IMG/VR virus record: IMGVR_UViG_3300037042_000313
Span: 1 to 61,978 of that record
Length of the DNA: 61,978 nt
Direction: 5' to 3' (one strand)
Source: a virus
Taxonomy: Duplodnaviria; Caudoviricetes
The notes below the pieces were generated by a model that was not told where the DNA came from, did not search any database, and worked only from the letters and a program-made list of their open reading frames with translations. How positions within the stretch are numbered: position 1 is the stretch's first letter; every line of letters starts with the position of its first letter. This document shows positions 27,465-37,624 of this stretch, one piece after another. A program made the position numbers and the translations under genes.

Positions 27465-29801
27465 TTAGTCCAACTTGATAGGCGCTGCAGTAGTACCACG
27501 CTTAGGTAGCAGTGCGGGTTCCACTCGCCGACCCGCTAGCATCTCATCTCGTATATCTGCTTCCGCTTGGCCCCGAGTCTTACCTGCTGCCATCCGTGCC
27601 TTCACATCTTCCCTACCCGCACGGCTATACAAGTAGTTTTCTACCTTGGTGTCTATATCTTTTTCCACACCTGCAGTTAGCTTGCCGGGGCCAACATCTG
27701 TAGTCTTAGATTTTGCCGTTGCTAGCTCAGCAGCTTCGCGTTGAAGTTCCTGATCTGACCTTCGTTGGTCCACAGGTAACGCATTATTTATCCGCACCAA
27801 GTCTTCGTACGTAACCCGTGCCAGCTTTTCTGCCAACTTCTCTGTTTTACCAGCACCAGCACCACCACTACTGACTGGCCTAAACGCTTTAGAAGCCGAA
27901 GAAGCCCCAGTAACTTCCCCTGCAGCCGTAGCACGAGCTTCTTTAGCCGCCGCCAACTTAGCTGCTTCTGCTGCCTTGACAGATTCCCGAGCACCTTTAA
28001 GGTCACCCATGCGCTCTTTGCGCTTGGCATCTTCCATGAGGAATCGTGCTTCTTGCAGTGCTTCAGTTCTCCGGTCGGTTTCAGCCGTAGCACCTTGGTA
28101 AGACTTAGCCGCAGCACCGATACCTCTACCCGCAGCCTCAGCGAAGTTTGACCCTTGTAGCAGTTCAGGAACCGCCGCGAGCATTGCAAGACCTTTAGCT
28201 TGCTTATCCCGCTCCGCGAGTTTTCCTTCTCTAGCTGTTAGCTTTTTCTGCATGTCAGCATAGGGGTCAGAACCAGCCATCTCTTGCGACTCGGCCAACT
28301 CCGCTTTAATTGCAGCCCGACGCTGCTCGGGGGTAAATGCCTCTGGAGCTTGTATTGCTTTCTGCCGTTGCAGCGCAGCTAGTGCTTCTTGTCCAAACAA
28401 GTTGTACAACTCTGCGTTACCCGGAGACTCAAGCCTCGGCATGTAGTCTTCATCTTCTGCGCCACCACCACCAGCGAAAGCAACGATGCCACCGTTAGCC
28501 ATGCTTTCTTGCGTCGGCATGATGTTGTTCACCATATCTGGAGATGCGGTAGCTGAGATACTCGCGCTTGGAATACCCCCCTCACCCTCACCGCCACGAC
28601 TCTGCAGTTCCTCGGCAATGATCCGAATTCGCTCGGGGTCACCGGTCTGCTGCGCAATGGTCAAGGCTTGTTGAAGCTGCTCAGTGCTGAGGCTAGAGAC
28701 AATAGACGCTACATTCTCGTCGCCGGTAACACCACCGCCAGCATAGGCCAACCCACCGCGAGCAAACAGTTGGCTTGCCCCAGCAGCGGCAGTACCCAGA
28801 GCAGCGGCCTGTTGCCCAAAGCCGGGGCCAGCCTTGTACATGGAAGTGGTAGACGACGAGCCAGTCGGCGTCCTATTAAGCAAGTCAGCTTTGCGCATGA
28901 TTTGCTCCCAGTCGAAGTTTTTCTGGTCTGACCAGTTCTGGTATGCGAGATCACGAGCCCTTTGATCCTGTGCTTGCTTCTGCGCACCGTAGGTATTACG
29001 CAGCTTGTTGATGTCCATGCCTTGCTGGAACTGCAACTGCCCAATGTTGCTAAGTGCATTAGCGCCTTGAAGCCCTGCTTGGGAACCAAACTGCCGTGAT
29101 TGTTCTCGTGCTTGATCTGCCGACAGGCCATACTGCGCACGGGATTGGGCTTCTTGCACCTTACGCGCTTGGTCTTGCTGGAATTGATTCGCTGCTTGCT
29201 CGTAAGCGGTCTGATAACCCTTGGCTCGGATATCGCCGAGGTTCTGCATCAAACCCTGTTCGCGCATCCCCTGACCAATAGCCGTACGACTACCGCCAAA
29301 AGCGCCGCGCCCTACTGCTTGTGCTTGATCCTGTATCTGAGCCAGTTGAGCATCGCGTGTAGCAGACCGAAGCTGTGGGTTAAGCGCGGCCTCCATATAC
29401 GGAGACATGTATTGCTGGGCCGCATTAGGGTTCCAGCTTTCCCCTACCTGCTGATATTGGTTCTGAAAGTCGGCGGGGTTGTAGTTCCCCGACTGCATTG
29501 CCATGCGTTCGGCTTCAGCAAACTGGGGTGCAGTGGCCATATCCGCAGCACCCTGATACGCTTGCTCTTGCATCGGGTCGTATTGAGCGAGGCGATCCCC
29601 ACCATAGGCTTCATACCCTTGGTTGGTAAGCTCCATGCCCTTGGCAAGAGTTTCCTTAGCAGCTTCACGCGCCCACGGAGCAACATCTTGGATTACGGTC
29701 TGCGTGGTATTAGCAGGAGTCTTGCCCCCACCACCACCACCTACAGGATAGACCCGCCGACCATCAGCCGAATAGCCGTTAAATTTACTGTGGCTCAACA
29801 T
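27465..29801 (-). CDS. Internal virion/DNA-ejection (pilot-like) protein, 778 aa
   Basis: GGGGGG near N-terminus, Q/A-rich, YMSPY, GAFGGSR, FARGG/MANGG motifs. Confidence 0.7.
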   Translation of the reverse strand: MLSHSKFNGYSADGRRVYPVGGGGGGKTPANTTQTVIQDVAPWAREAAKETLAKGMELTNQGYEAYGGDRLAQYDPMQEQAYQGAADMATAPQFAEAERMAMQSGNYNPADFQNQYQQVGESWNPNAAQQYMSPYMEAALNPQLRSATRDAQLAQIQDQAQAVGRGAFGGSRTAIGQGMREQGLMQNLGDIRAKGYQTAYEQAANQFQQDQARKVQEAQSRAQYGLSADQAREQSRQFGSQAGLQGANALSNIGQLQFQQGMDINKLRNTYGAQKQAQDQRARDLAYQNWSDQKNFDWEQIMRKADLLNRTPTGSSSTTSMYKAGPGFGQQAAALGTAAAGASQLFARGGLAYAGGGVTGDENVASIVSSLSTEQLQQALTIAQQTGDPERIRIIAEELQSRGGEGEGGIPSASISATASPDMVNNIMPTQESMANGGIVAFAGGGGAEDEDYMPRLESPGNAELYNLFGQEALAALQRQKAIQAPEAFTPEQRRAAIKAELAESQEMAGSDPYADMQKKLTAREGKLAERDKQAKGLAMLAAVPELLQGSNFAEAAGRGIGAAAKSYQGATAETDRRTEALQEARFLMEDAKRKERMGDLKGARESVKAAEAAKLAAAKEARATAAGEVTGASSASKAFRPVSSGGAGAGKTEKLAEKLARVTYEDLVRINNALPVDQRRSDQELQREAAELATAKSKTTDVGPGKLTAGVEKDIDTKVENYLYSRAGREDVKARMAAGKTRGQAEADIRDEMLAGRRVEPALLPKRGTTAAPIKLD

Positions 29802-30240
29802 CTAAGTGCTCCTTGCGGTATTCATCAAACCGTTCATGGAAAATAACTTTCCATACTTCCGGTAAAACTTCTCTAGCTTTTTCGGGGCCAACGCACATAT
29901 GCACGGCGTAGGCGATTATGTTCCCCGCAGCGTAGCGAAGTCCATGTGAAATCTCAATTCCGTGTGGGTCTTTATCTGCCTCGAACTTGTTTGCTGTCTC
30001 ATAAGAAGAAACAACAACAAGCCACATAGGGAAGATAGCATCCTGAATGGAGCGGTAGAACGGATTGGCTGGCAGATACACCAGCGCCGTAAGAAACGCC
30101 CTATTGATCTCTATTCCAGATACAGGCTTGTCTTTATCTACTAGATCATCCCAAGTATGCGACAAGTCTACAAAGGCACGAAACATATTGAGGGCATGGT
30201 GATTGCCCCCAAACCACTCTAGCTTGCCTTCGTCAGTCAT
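29785..30240 (-). CDS. DDxxD-motif helical protein (isoprenoid synthase/prenyltransferase-like)
   Basis: HTWDDLVDKD at the end of a predicted helix; overlaps both neighbouring genes. Confidence 0.5.
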   Translation of the reverse strand: MTDEGKLEWFGGNHHALNMFRAFVDLSHTWDDLVDKDKPVSGIEINRAFLTALVYLPANPFYRSIQDAIFPMWLVVVSSYETANKFEADKDPHGIEISHGLRYAAGNIIAYAVHMCVGPEKAREVLPEVWKVIFHERFDEYRKEHLDVEPQ

Positions 30241-31589
30241 GCTGGGAGATGTTTTTCGGCGCGGCTGTTGTGGGCCACTTTGTTCTTGCCGATGCTTTTC
30301 TTACGCGCTTTCTGGATACGATCCATCATTGCGTAGAGTCGGCGAGCACCAGCTTCAGTAGAGCCGTTACCCAGTTCAGACACGATACGTGCAGGGATAA
30401 CAAACTCGCCATCAGCCAGCCGAGCAGGTTGCTTCTTACCAATTACAGCAGGGATAGAGTCCGAGACACCATCGCCGGGGCCACGAAGCAGTCGGCCACC
30501 GTCCGAGTAGCTACCCAGATTAGCCGAGGAGGAATTCAAACCACCGTGCATGACACCACCTTTAGCTGCAACCTTGGTAAACCCACGGTTGTTAAAGTAG
30601 TTCATTTCCCGCCCACGACGTACGTTTTCTTCGTAGTCTGGTGAGCTAAACACACCCTCGTCCGTACCCTTGTTATACGAGTACTTAGGTAGGTACGTGT
30701 CTTCAGGCTCCTCTTTTAGCTTCTTCTCTCCGGGCATCATCGACATCAATGTGCCACCGGTAATGAAAGGATGCTCTTTAGCAAACCCCATCAGGTTCTC
30801 ACCAGAGAGCCCCCTACCCATCGACGCAAAACGCTCAGACGGCCCCATCGCATTAAACTTAGCGGTGTTAGCAGCTTGTTGCGCGGCTTTAGCGGCTTCG
30901 GGGGATAGAGCGGGCGCGGCTGATGGCAATGAAGCTACTTGAGACACGCCGGTATCCGCACCCATTGATGCAAAGTTGTTAAACGGGGTTGGGCCAAAGC
31001 TAGCTGCGCCACGTGCGGCGTTGTCGCCAAGAGCAGTGCCTGATGCCTTGGCAAAGTTTATACCTGAGCCTTCCATTCCTGCCATAGGCGGCACGTTACC
31101 CGGAGATACAGGGAGTGGAGCAGCGACAGGAGGAACAACAGTAGGTGGTGGAGTAACCGCAGCGAGTTCAGCCCCACCAGCAGCAGGGGCACCAGCACCA
31201 ATACCACCAGCAGCCGGAGCAGCGGTACCAGCCCCAGCAGCACCCAAACTAGCACCGAGACTAGCGCCACCGTAAGCGCCAAGACCAGCCAGCAAGCCCT
31301 TTTTCACGCTACCCTTAGCAAGTGCAGTAGCACCGCCGACAAGCCCCGCAGCCATGAATGGCCCGACACCGGGGATGAAAGACAAACCAATACCTGCAAT
31401 CGTAGGCAGGAGTTGCGACAACCAACCAGCTTCGGGCAGCCCAGTGTGCGGGTTAATGCTGAGGGAGCCCCCGTGGTCTTTAGCGATCTTCTGCAAAGCG
31501 TGAACTTCGCCCTTGGTCATGTGGACGAGTTCAGTATCCGGGCCTCGACCATGTTTGGCGAGGTCGCTGGCAATATCTTTAAGGCTCAT
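30237..31589 (-). CDS. Internal virion protein (~450 aa)
   Basis: N-terminal GRGPDTELVH...INPHTGLPEA, Gly-rich hydrophobic segment, C-terminal GPGDGVSDSIPA...LADGEFV. Confidence 0.7.
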   Translation of the reverse strand: MSLKDIASDLAKHGRGPDTELVHMTKGEVHALQKIAKDHGGSLSINPHTGLPEAGWLSQLLPTIAGIGLSFIPGVGPFMAAGLVGGATALAKGSVKKGLLAGLGAYGGASLGASLGAAGAGTAAPAAGGIGAGAPAAGGAELAAVTPPPTVVPPVAAPLPVSPGNVPPMAGMEGSGINFAKASGTALGDNAARGAASFGPTPFNNFASMGADTGVSQVASLPSAAPALSPEAAKAAQQAANTAKFNAMGPSERFASMGRGLSGENLMGFAKEHPFITGGTLMSMMPGEKKLKEEPEDTYLPKYSYNKGTDEGVFSSPDYEENVRRGREMNYFNNRGFTKVAAKGGVMHGGLNSSSANLGSYSDGGRLLRGPGDGVSDSIPAVIGKKQPARLADGEFVIPARIVSELGNGSTEAGARRLYAMMDRIQKARKKSIGKNKVAHNSRAEKHLPA

Positions 31590-31617
31590 ATGTGCCTCGC
31601 AAAAAGGGGGTAGGGGG

Positions 31618-31646
31618 ATCGTATCACACGGAGGTTCAACAGGCAA
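31618..31646 (-). promoter_or_regulatory. Putative promoter for internal-protein genes
   Basis: TTGCCT-17 bp-TACGAT with extended TGn, in the intergenic gap. Confidence 0.5.
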
Positions 31647-33029
31647 TTACTGGGTGGTCAGGTCGTAGAAGGACATAGAGCCTATCCCGCCACCAGAACC
31701 AGCGCCACCAGTTGTAACAACCCTTGCAGCAAAAGTGTAAACGTCACTGACCCCGGCTATAGACGCGCCAAGTTGTAAATCCCAGTTGTATACGCCAGAA
31801 ATAGAAAGAGGAGTCGGGCCAGATTTGCCAGTGGTAAACGAACTATAGGAAAGGGATCCGCCCGTCATCGCCGTCGATGTAATGTCGTATTCAACATTTG
31901 CGTTTGCGGGTACTGCTGCCCACGATGGGCCAGTAAGTGTCGCATTTTTGAACAACGCAATCTCATAGTTGTCTGCTGTTGTCGGCAAGAAACTAAAAGA
32001 CGAAGGAAGTACCACCGCCCCTAGTGCCGTGGACTTCAGGCGTATTGAGACCACTGGGTAAAAAGCGGTCGTAATAGTTGAAGTGCTGGTTGCGTTTACC
32101 CGTCTTGCAACGTGATCTATGGAGATTACCCCATACCCACCCTCAGAAATAACCGTGGAGCAGATTTGTTTAAGCGTTGCGGCCACCGCCGAGGTAGAGG
32201 TAATCTCATACCGAACAGGCAAAATAGCCGTCGTCATGTAGGTGGTGGTAATCTCGTTAGCGTTGGTGAATGTATGGCAGACGATGTACGCACCGTTGAT
32301 AATGAAGCCACAACGCACCGAACCTACGCCCAACCACTCAAAGTCCATCCACAAAATCTGAGCTTTGGTAGAGTCAAGGGTTAAGCCTGATGCCCCCGTA
32401 CCGTCCAACTTGTCGCCGTTCCACGCAGACTGCGCCACTGTTCTAGCGTCGCTGACTGACCCCGTAACCGAGGAGCGCAAAACAAAGGAGTTCGTCCCGT
32501 CAATGCGTTGGAAGAACGCTCCGTTGGCCGCATTAAAGTACCCGACCCGTTGAGTTAGGTTCAGGCTTGCGCTTCCATCCATGCAGAATGTAGCAAGCAT
32601 AAGCAGCCCTTTTCCGGGCTGATATGGAAAACTGCGGTATGTCTGCCTGATTACAGAACCGGCTCCACCGGCAGTTACAGTCAAATCTACGACGGACTGG
32701 TTGACTTGATACGTTGTAGTTCCCGTACCTGTCAATGCCGTATCGTACTGCGTATCTGCCGTGTACCTGTTCTGGCTATCAAACAACGTATACGGTTGGC
32801 TAACTCGGATTCTTCCAAAGGCATCTACATTGGTGCCACCAATAGATACGGGTACGGTGTCAATGGTTGCCACAAGCTGCCCCAAAAGATTATCAAGTCG
32901 GTTGAAATACAAGCGCAGGATGTTATTGAGTTGGTCCTGATACCGTGGCTCGTAGACGACAGGCGCGGTCGGTAGTTGCGGAGCTACAACACGATTCAGT
33001 TCAAAGTCAGACGTGACAATTAGCGCCAT
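31647..33029 (-). CDS. Tail/virion structural protein (460 aa)
   Basis: N-terminal LP.AP..Y...LRLYFN adaptor fused to a beta-rich DAFGRIRVSQP domain. Confidence 0.65.
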   Translation of the reverse strand: MALIVTSDFELNRVVAPQLPTAPVVYEPRYQDQLNNILRLYFNRLDNLLGQLVATIDTVPVSIGGTNVDAFGRIRVSQPYTLFDSQNRYTADTQYDTALTGTGTTTYQVNQSVVDLTVTAGGAGSVIRQTYRSFPYQPGKGLLMLATFCMDGSASLNLTQRVGYFNAANGAFFQRIDGTNSFVLRSSVTGSVSDARTVAQSAWNGDKLDGTGASGLTLDSTKAQILWMDFEWLGVGSVRCGFIINGAYIVCHTFTNANEITTTYMTTAILPVRYEITSTSAVAATLKQICSTVISEGGYGVISIDHVARRVNATSTSTITTAFYPVVSIRLKSTALGAVVLPSSFSFLPTTADNYEIALFKNATLTGPSWAAVPANANVEYDITSTAMTGGSLSYSSFTTGKSGPTPLSISGVYNWDLQLGASIAGVSDVYTFAARVVTTGGAGSGGGIGSMSFYDLTTQ

Positions 33030-33031
33030 TT

Positions 33032-35284
33032 TTAGCTTCTCCGACCATCAGGGCGAATATCAATGCGGGATACGCCAAGCTGCCACTGTACGCCGAGCCC
33101 GTCTGAACTCACCTTAAACGCCATCTGCCGCCCTCGAATACGTACGTACACCTGCTCCGTAAACTGCTGAACGGTATAGGTACGCTGCGTAAGATAGTTC
33201 TGAGCGCTGGTCACTAGAGGTGCATCAGACGTTCCATAGTTAGCACCGGGGAATGTGCGCGGACGTATAGTGAAGTCTGCCGATGGGTTGTTGACGAACG
33301 AGCCATCGAAGGTCAAGTCAGGGATCACGCGCCAAACGAACCCATAGTTGTGCCCATCACCGATGTCAAAGTCAGAGGATTGCACATACGCCACGATTGG
33401 GTTTGGTGGGTTGGCCGTAGAGTCGTCTACTCCTGTCTCTTGATACACAAGCTGCGCATTGGTCGTGCCGCCCGCAGTGCCATAGATCATGGACATAGGA
33501 ACATTACGCAACGAGCTATCTAGCCAAGCAGTGCGCCCCTGATTCTCCCCTTCAAAGTTAGCCCAATCCCCGTAGTACCAAACTTGCTCTAGGTAGTTAT
33601 AGATGACGTAGCGGTCGATGACCGTAGAGTTTGATGAACAGTAGCTCCACCAGATTTCGTTGTAGCCCTCATTAGTGCCAGCGTTAAACTGATACGCTTG
33701 AGATAGATTGATGTCGGTGAACACATATTCCCGCAACGTACATGGCAAAGTTTGCACTCGACCGGAGTACACAAAGAACTTATCCATGCCCATCCAATAA
33801 GTCATGTTATTGGCGGTAGCTGCAACATTAGGGCCATTGATAGAAATGTTGTCTTCAAGAATCTGGAAGCCCCACACATACGGTGGGCCAAGGTACTGCA
33901 TTGAGTACAAAGCAGAGTCGGTGAAAACCAGTACTTCTTGGCGAGTCTGGATCGCCGTGACAATAGTTGAGCCGTGACTAAGACGATAATCACCCGCTTG
34001 GTTAGTATCTAGGGGCGTCCACGTGTAAAAACTTTCCTGATTCGACCAGCGAATCTGCATTGGATCGAGCGCAACGGTGGCGTACAGACCTGTTGGGTCG
34101 TTGGTGCCAAAAGCAACTACGAAACGTGATGCATCGGAGACAAGTACAAAGTTGACTTGCGAAGGGCAAGTGGAATCTACCACTGCTCCAGCAACAGTTG
34201 TCCCTGCTTCAATCTCTACTCCACGGTCAAAAATGGTGGGGTTAGCGTTGTTGTCCCAGTAATACAGCGGGTTACCACGTGGGCAGAAGATGAGATTCTC
34301 ACCAAAGTTGGACTGGCTCCACAAACGCATTTGCAAGCCTGTACCAATACCAGAAGGAGCGGCAAGACCCCAACCCGTAAAGGAAGTAGCTAGCTGAACA
34401 ATAGCGCCGGTAAGGTGCGCTGCGGCGGTGGTACCACTAGCGGCTCGAACGCAGCCAGTCAGGGTATTTACTGATACACCAGAGTATGTAATGAGTTCCG
34501 AGTCAATCAGAACCATACCGGAAGTGCCAAATCCCGCAGCACTAGTAAGCACAATGGAAGTTACCGAGTTGTTGATGCCACCATTGAGTGTTGTCGCCGC
34601 AACGCCCGTAACAGTTCCGCCCCAAGCACCTGCGCCCCAACCGACACCAATGGTGTAGATTTCGTTACCTGAAGTGATCTGGTAGTTAAAAGTTGCGGTA
34701 GCCGCAGAAGTGCCGGAGCTTGTAGCGGCTGTAGCTACAGTAATGTAGTAGCTGTTGGAGTCAATGTAGGTGATCTGGTATTCACCATCCATCGTAGCTG
34801 CTGAGATACCGTTAACTGCACCGGATGTTGCCGAGATCGTTACGAAGTCGCCTGTCTGAGCGCCGTGTGCGGGGTCATTAACCCGTACCTGTGTAGAGGA
34901 GGTTGTAGTCGTGAACGCATTGGCTACTGTCGTGCGCGTCAAGCGAATAGGTGTGACATCGTAAAAAGCACCGCCAGAGCCGTTCTGTACGTAGTATTTG
35001 AGGTTAGTGCCGACTGCGAGCAAGTTGTAGCCCGCTAATGTGACCCAGTTCCAGAGTGCTCGCGCTATGCCCCACAGGGTTCCCGTAGTTGGAACAGATA
35101 TCTTGGTCACCGTACCCGCAATCTCAGTAGACAAGCCACCGCCGTCACTGATCCAACCACCGATTTTCTCTGCCTGACCTGAGCGAAACCGAATCTTGTT
35201 GCACTCGTACCAACCACCTTCATTAGCGTAGGAGGTACTTTCGCGGTTTACGCCGGGGGCAAACTTCAGTTTCTGTAAGGGCAT
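33032..35284 (-). CDS. Tail nozzle / stabilisation protein (P22 gp10 / T7 gp12-like)
   Basis: 750 aa, beta-rich; PGVNRE.T.Y..EGGWY start; IRWS.QE; ends DIRPDGRR. Confidence 0.7.
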   Translation of the reverse strand: MPLQKLKFAPGVNRESTSYANEGGWYECNKIRFRSGQAEKIGGWISDGGGLSTEIAGTVTKISVPTTGTLWGIARALWNWVTLAGYNLLAVGTNLKYYVQNGSGGAFYDVTPIRLTRTTVANAFTTTTSSTQVRVNDPAHGAQTGDFVTISATSGAVNGISAATMDGEYQITYIDSNSYYITVATAATSSGTSAATATFNYQITSGNEIYTIGVGWGAGAWGGTVTGVAATTLNGGINNSVTSIVLTSAAGFGTSGMVLIDSELITYSGVSVNTLTGCVRAASGTTAAAHLTGAIVQLATSFTGWGLAAPSGIGTGLQMRLWSQSNFGENLIFCPRGNPLYYWDNNANPTIFDRGVEIEAGTTVAGAVVDSTCPSQVNFVLVSDASRFVVAFGTNDPTGLYATVALDPMQIRWSNQESFYTWTPLDTNQAGDYRLSHGSTIVTAIQTRQEVLVFTDSALYSMQYLGPPYVWGFQILEDNISINGPNVAATANNMTYWMGMDKFFVYSGRVQTLPCTLREYVFTDINLSQAYQFNAGTNEGYNEIWWSYCSSNSTVIDRYVIYNYLEQVWYYGDWANFEGENQGRTAWLDSSLRNVPMSMIYGTAGGTTNAQLVYQETGVDDSTANPPNPIVAYVQSSDFDIGDGHNYGFVWRVIPDLTFDGSFVNNPSADFTIRPRTFPGANYGTSDAPLVTSAQNYLTQRTYTVQQFTEQVYVRIRGRQMAFKVSSDGLGVQWQLGVSRIDIRPDGRRS

Positions 35285-35291
35285 AATGGCC

Positions 35292-35804
35292 TCATTTGCA
35301 CATTGTCTGTGCGGTACTTTCTACTTCTTTGACTCGGCGTTCCCACCCTCGTCCGAAGGTTTCCCACGTGCCGAGGCGATGCAAGAAGGCGAGACGCTGC
35401 TCGCAGTAGCGAGAGACCAGCAATTTGGGGTGAAGGGTTTCTACGGCAGCAAATGTCTTTGGGCCAAGCGATCCGTCAGGTTCGACACCAACAGCAGTCT
35501 GGAGCCAGCGGGATGCACGGCCAGCGCCACTATTCACAGCAGCATCGAACACGCAGTAGTCAACACCCGTCGGGAGATTATCGCCCTTGATCTTGTCCCA
35601 GTACAGCTTTTTGTATAGGGGCGTAACCAGTTGGGGCGTCAGGCGCTGCATCTCTGAGTCTGGGACAGGCGTGCCAAGGAACTCTTCCCACACCTTTTTC
35701 GTCACGCCTAGATTGGTTATGCCGCCCGGATCGGAGGGGTGGTTGACATAGCCGCCTTCATGCTTCAGGAGGTTGGCTAGGCAGGACTCGAAGTTGGCTT
35801 TCAT
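35292..35804 (-). CDS. Endolysin, glycoside hydrolase family 108 + PG-binding domain
   Basis: HEGGYVNHPSDPGGITNLGVT, FDAAVNSG, DG.LGP.T, FGRGW.RR. Confidence 0.93.
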   Translation of the reverse strand: MKANFESCLANLLKHEGGYVNHPSDPGGITNLGVTKKVWEEFLGTPVPDSEMQRLTPQLVTPLYKKLYWDKIKGDNLPTGVDYCVFDAAVNSGAGRASRWLQTAVGVEPDGSLGPKTFAAVETLHPKLLVSRYCEQRLAFLHRLGTWETFGRGWERRVKEVESTAQTMCK

Positions 35805-36028
35805 TTCTTGTCCTCGTTGTCCTTGTTCTCTTTACCCATCTTGATACCGGCAATGGTGCCAACAAAGGCTCCGACAATGGTATTGAACGAGGGCTGAAGC
35901 ATTTTGAACAACTCGTTGTTGTCCACATGGGTATCAAAAAGACCAACCAAAGACGCCGCACAAGTTGCAACCAAGACAAGGGCTAAGGACAAGCAGCAGA
36001 TAACGGTGATGTAGTCAGCGATCTTCAT
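35801..36028 (-). CDS. Two-TM membrane protein (lysis cassette)
   Basis: Two hydrophobic helices with a charged tail; between holin and lysin. Confidence 0.6.
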   Translation of the reverse strand: MKIADYITVICCLSLALVLVATCAASLVGLFDTHVDNNELFKMLQPSFNTIVGAFVGTIAGIKMGKENKDNEDKK

Positions 36029-36510
36029 TTCCTAGCTGCCTCTGCCTTTTCCTTGCTGCCAATGCTTGAGCCAAACCAGAAATTGAGCATGGTGGCGATC
36101 ACCGTACCGAGGATGAACCCGAGGATGGTGTCGGCGAACCGGACATTTGTATCTGGAATTACGCCAAAAGTAATAAAGCCGATGTAGACCGCCGCACAGA
36201 CTGACCAGAAGGCTGTCAGGTACATGGTGAACCGCTTGGAGAAGACATCAGACTGATTGAGCGCAGCAACCTGCATGGCCCGAGCATCGGCAGTGTTCGC
36301 GTACTGCATCTTCAACTTATCAACATCAATCTGCGCCAGCTTGAGCGCCGCATCTGGGTCTTCCACTACTGCCTTCGTCACGGCTTCAATCGTGTCGGCA
36401 ACACCAAACTGCTTGGCGATAGCAGAGACAGCAATGCTCCCAAGCGGGCCAGCAACTGCTGTTGCTAGTGCAGGAGCGGCTTTAGCGAGGAACTGAAGGA
36501 GGTCGTTCAT
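36025..36510 (-). CDS. Putative holin (3TM/GTA-holin-like)
   Basis: AP.LATAVAGPLG...DARAMQ...two TM helices, FWFGSS.GS. Confidence 0.7.
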   Translation of the reverse strand: MNDLLQFLAKAAPALATAVAGPLGSIAVSAIAKQFGVADTIEAVTKAVVEDPDAALKLAQIDVDKLKMQYANTADARAMQVAALNQSDVFSKRFTMYLTAFWSVCAAVYIGFITFGVIPDTNVRFADTILGFILGTVIATMLNFWFGSSIGSKEKAEAARK

Positions 36511-37613
36511 TAGGCCGTCCTACGCCACATATACACCGTGATGTACGGCTGGTAGTTGAGGTTGGTTCCAGCAACACCTGTGCTGGTGTTGGTCGTGCTG
36601 GCGGTAGGGGTGACCGAGTTATTACCGGTTGTGATTGTGTGACTATGTGAGCCAGCACCCAAGGTATTGGTGCTGTTGGTAGTAGGCCCGGAGATGTGAT
36701 CCAGCATATCTCCTGAAGGAGCAACATACGCTGTACCGTATGTTGCCGCAAGTGCCTCAACTCTAATACCGCTTGGGTGTTCGTGGTCTGCAGCGGTAGA
36801 TGTGGTTCCAGAGTGCGTGTGGGTAGTACTAGCAAGCGTCGTTGTGGCTGTGTGCGTGTGTGAGACAGTTACTGAATCCGCAGAGCCGCCTGTCTCTTGC
36901 GCCGTATCAAATAGCGGATTAGTTGCGTCAAAGCCGACTGGTACGCGCCCAGCGCCAAACGCAGCCCATGTACCGAAACCAAGCAATGTGCCGGGGTTAG
37001 TGGCGTTCGTTGCGTTGGTGTAGATCGAGCCAATCGGGAGCAACGTGTTGAGTGCCAGAGCAGCAATAGCCTGAACAAAGGCTGTCGTGGCTACTTGCGT
37101 TGTGTTAGTAGCGGTGGCGGCAGTTGGGGCAGTTGGGATGCCCGTCATAGTCGGCGCATCGAGCGTTGGCGTAGCTATCGTTGGCGAGATCAGGTGTGTG
37201 TTCTGCGAGTAGAAGTTAGTGGCATCACTCCACACGGTCATCGTCTTGCCAGCAGGGATAACTACGCCTGTACCCGCAGCAGTGGTTCCGTTTACAGCAG
37301 TAGCGTTGTAGATCGTTGCCGCATAGATCGTCGAGTTCCAGATCGTGTACTCTTTTGACGCGGGTGGGGCATAGACTGCAAACGCTGCTACGGTTGTGGT
37401 AGTCAGCTTTATAACGGCGTTGCGCGACTGATCGGCAGACCCGTAAAGCGCAGTGAGTGCTTGGTTCGCTGACGTTACCGAAACTACGATATACCCGGAC
37501 ACTGCCCCCTCAATAAGCGTACCTAGATTGGTGTTGGTAGTGGTGCCCCATGCTCCGGCTTGCGTGCCGTTACTGATGAGTTCAAGACGAAGGTTGGGTG
37601 AAAACGTACTCAT
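36510..37613 (-). CDS. Tail fibre / collar protein (367 aa)
   Basis: GAWGTTTNTNL N-terminus; PTAPTA...TQVATTAFV; PIGSIY...NP..LLGFGTW; QPYITVYMWRRTA. Confidence 0.8.
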   Translation of the reverse strand: MSTFSPNLRLELISNGTQAGAWGTTTNTNLGTLIEGAVSGYIVVSVTSANQALTALYGSADQSRNAVIKLTTTTVAAFAVYAPPASKEYTIWNSTIYAATIYNATAVNGTTAAGTGVVIPAGKTMTVWSDATNFYSQNTHLISPTIATPTLDAPTMTGIPTAPTAATATNTTQVATTAFVQAIAALALNTLLPIGSIYTNATNATNPGTLLGFGTWAAFGAGRVPVGFDATNPLFDTAQETGGSADSVTVSHTHTATTTLASTTHTHSGTTSTAADHEHPSGIRVEALAATYGTAYVAPSGDMLDHISGPTTNSTNTLGAGSHSHTITTGNNSVTPTASTTNTSTGVAGTNLNYQPYITVYMWRRTA

Positions 37614-37624
37614 TGGGTTCCTTA

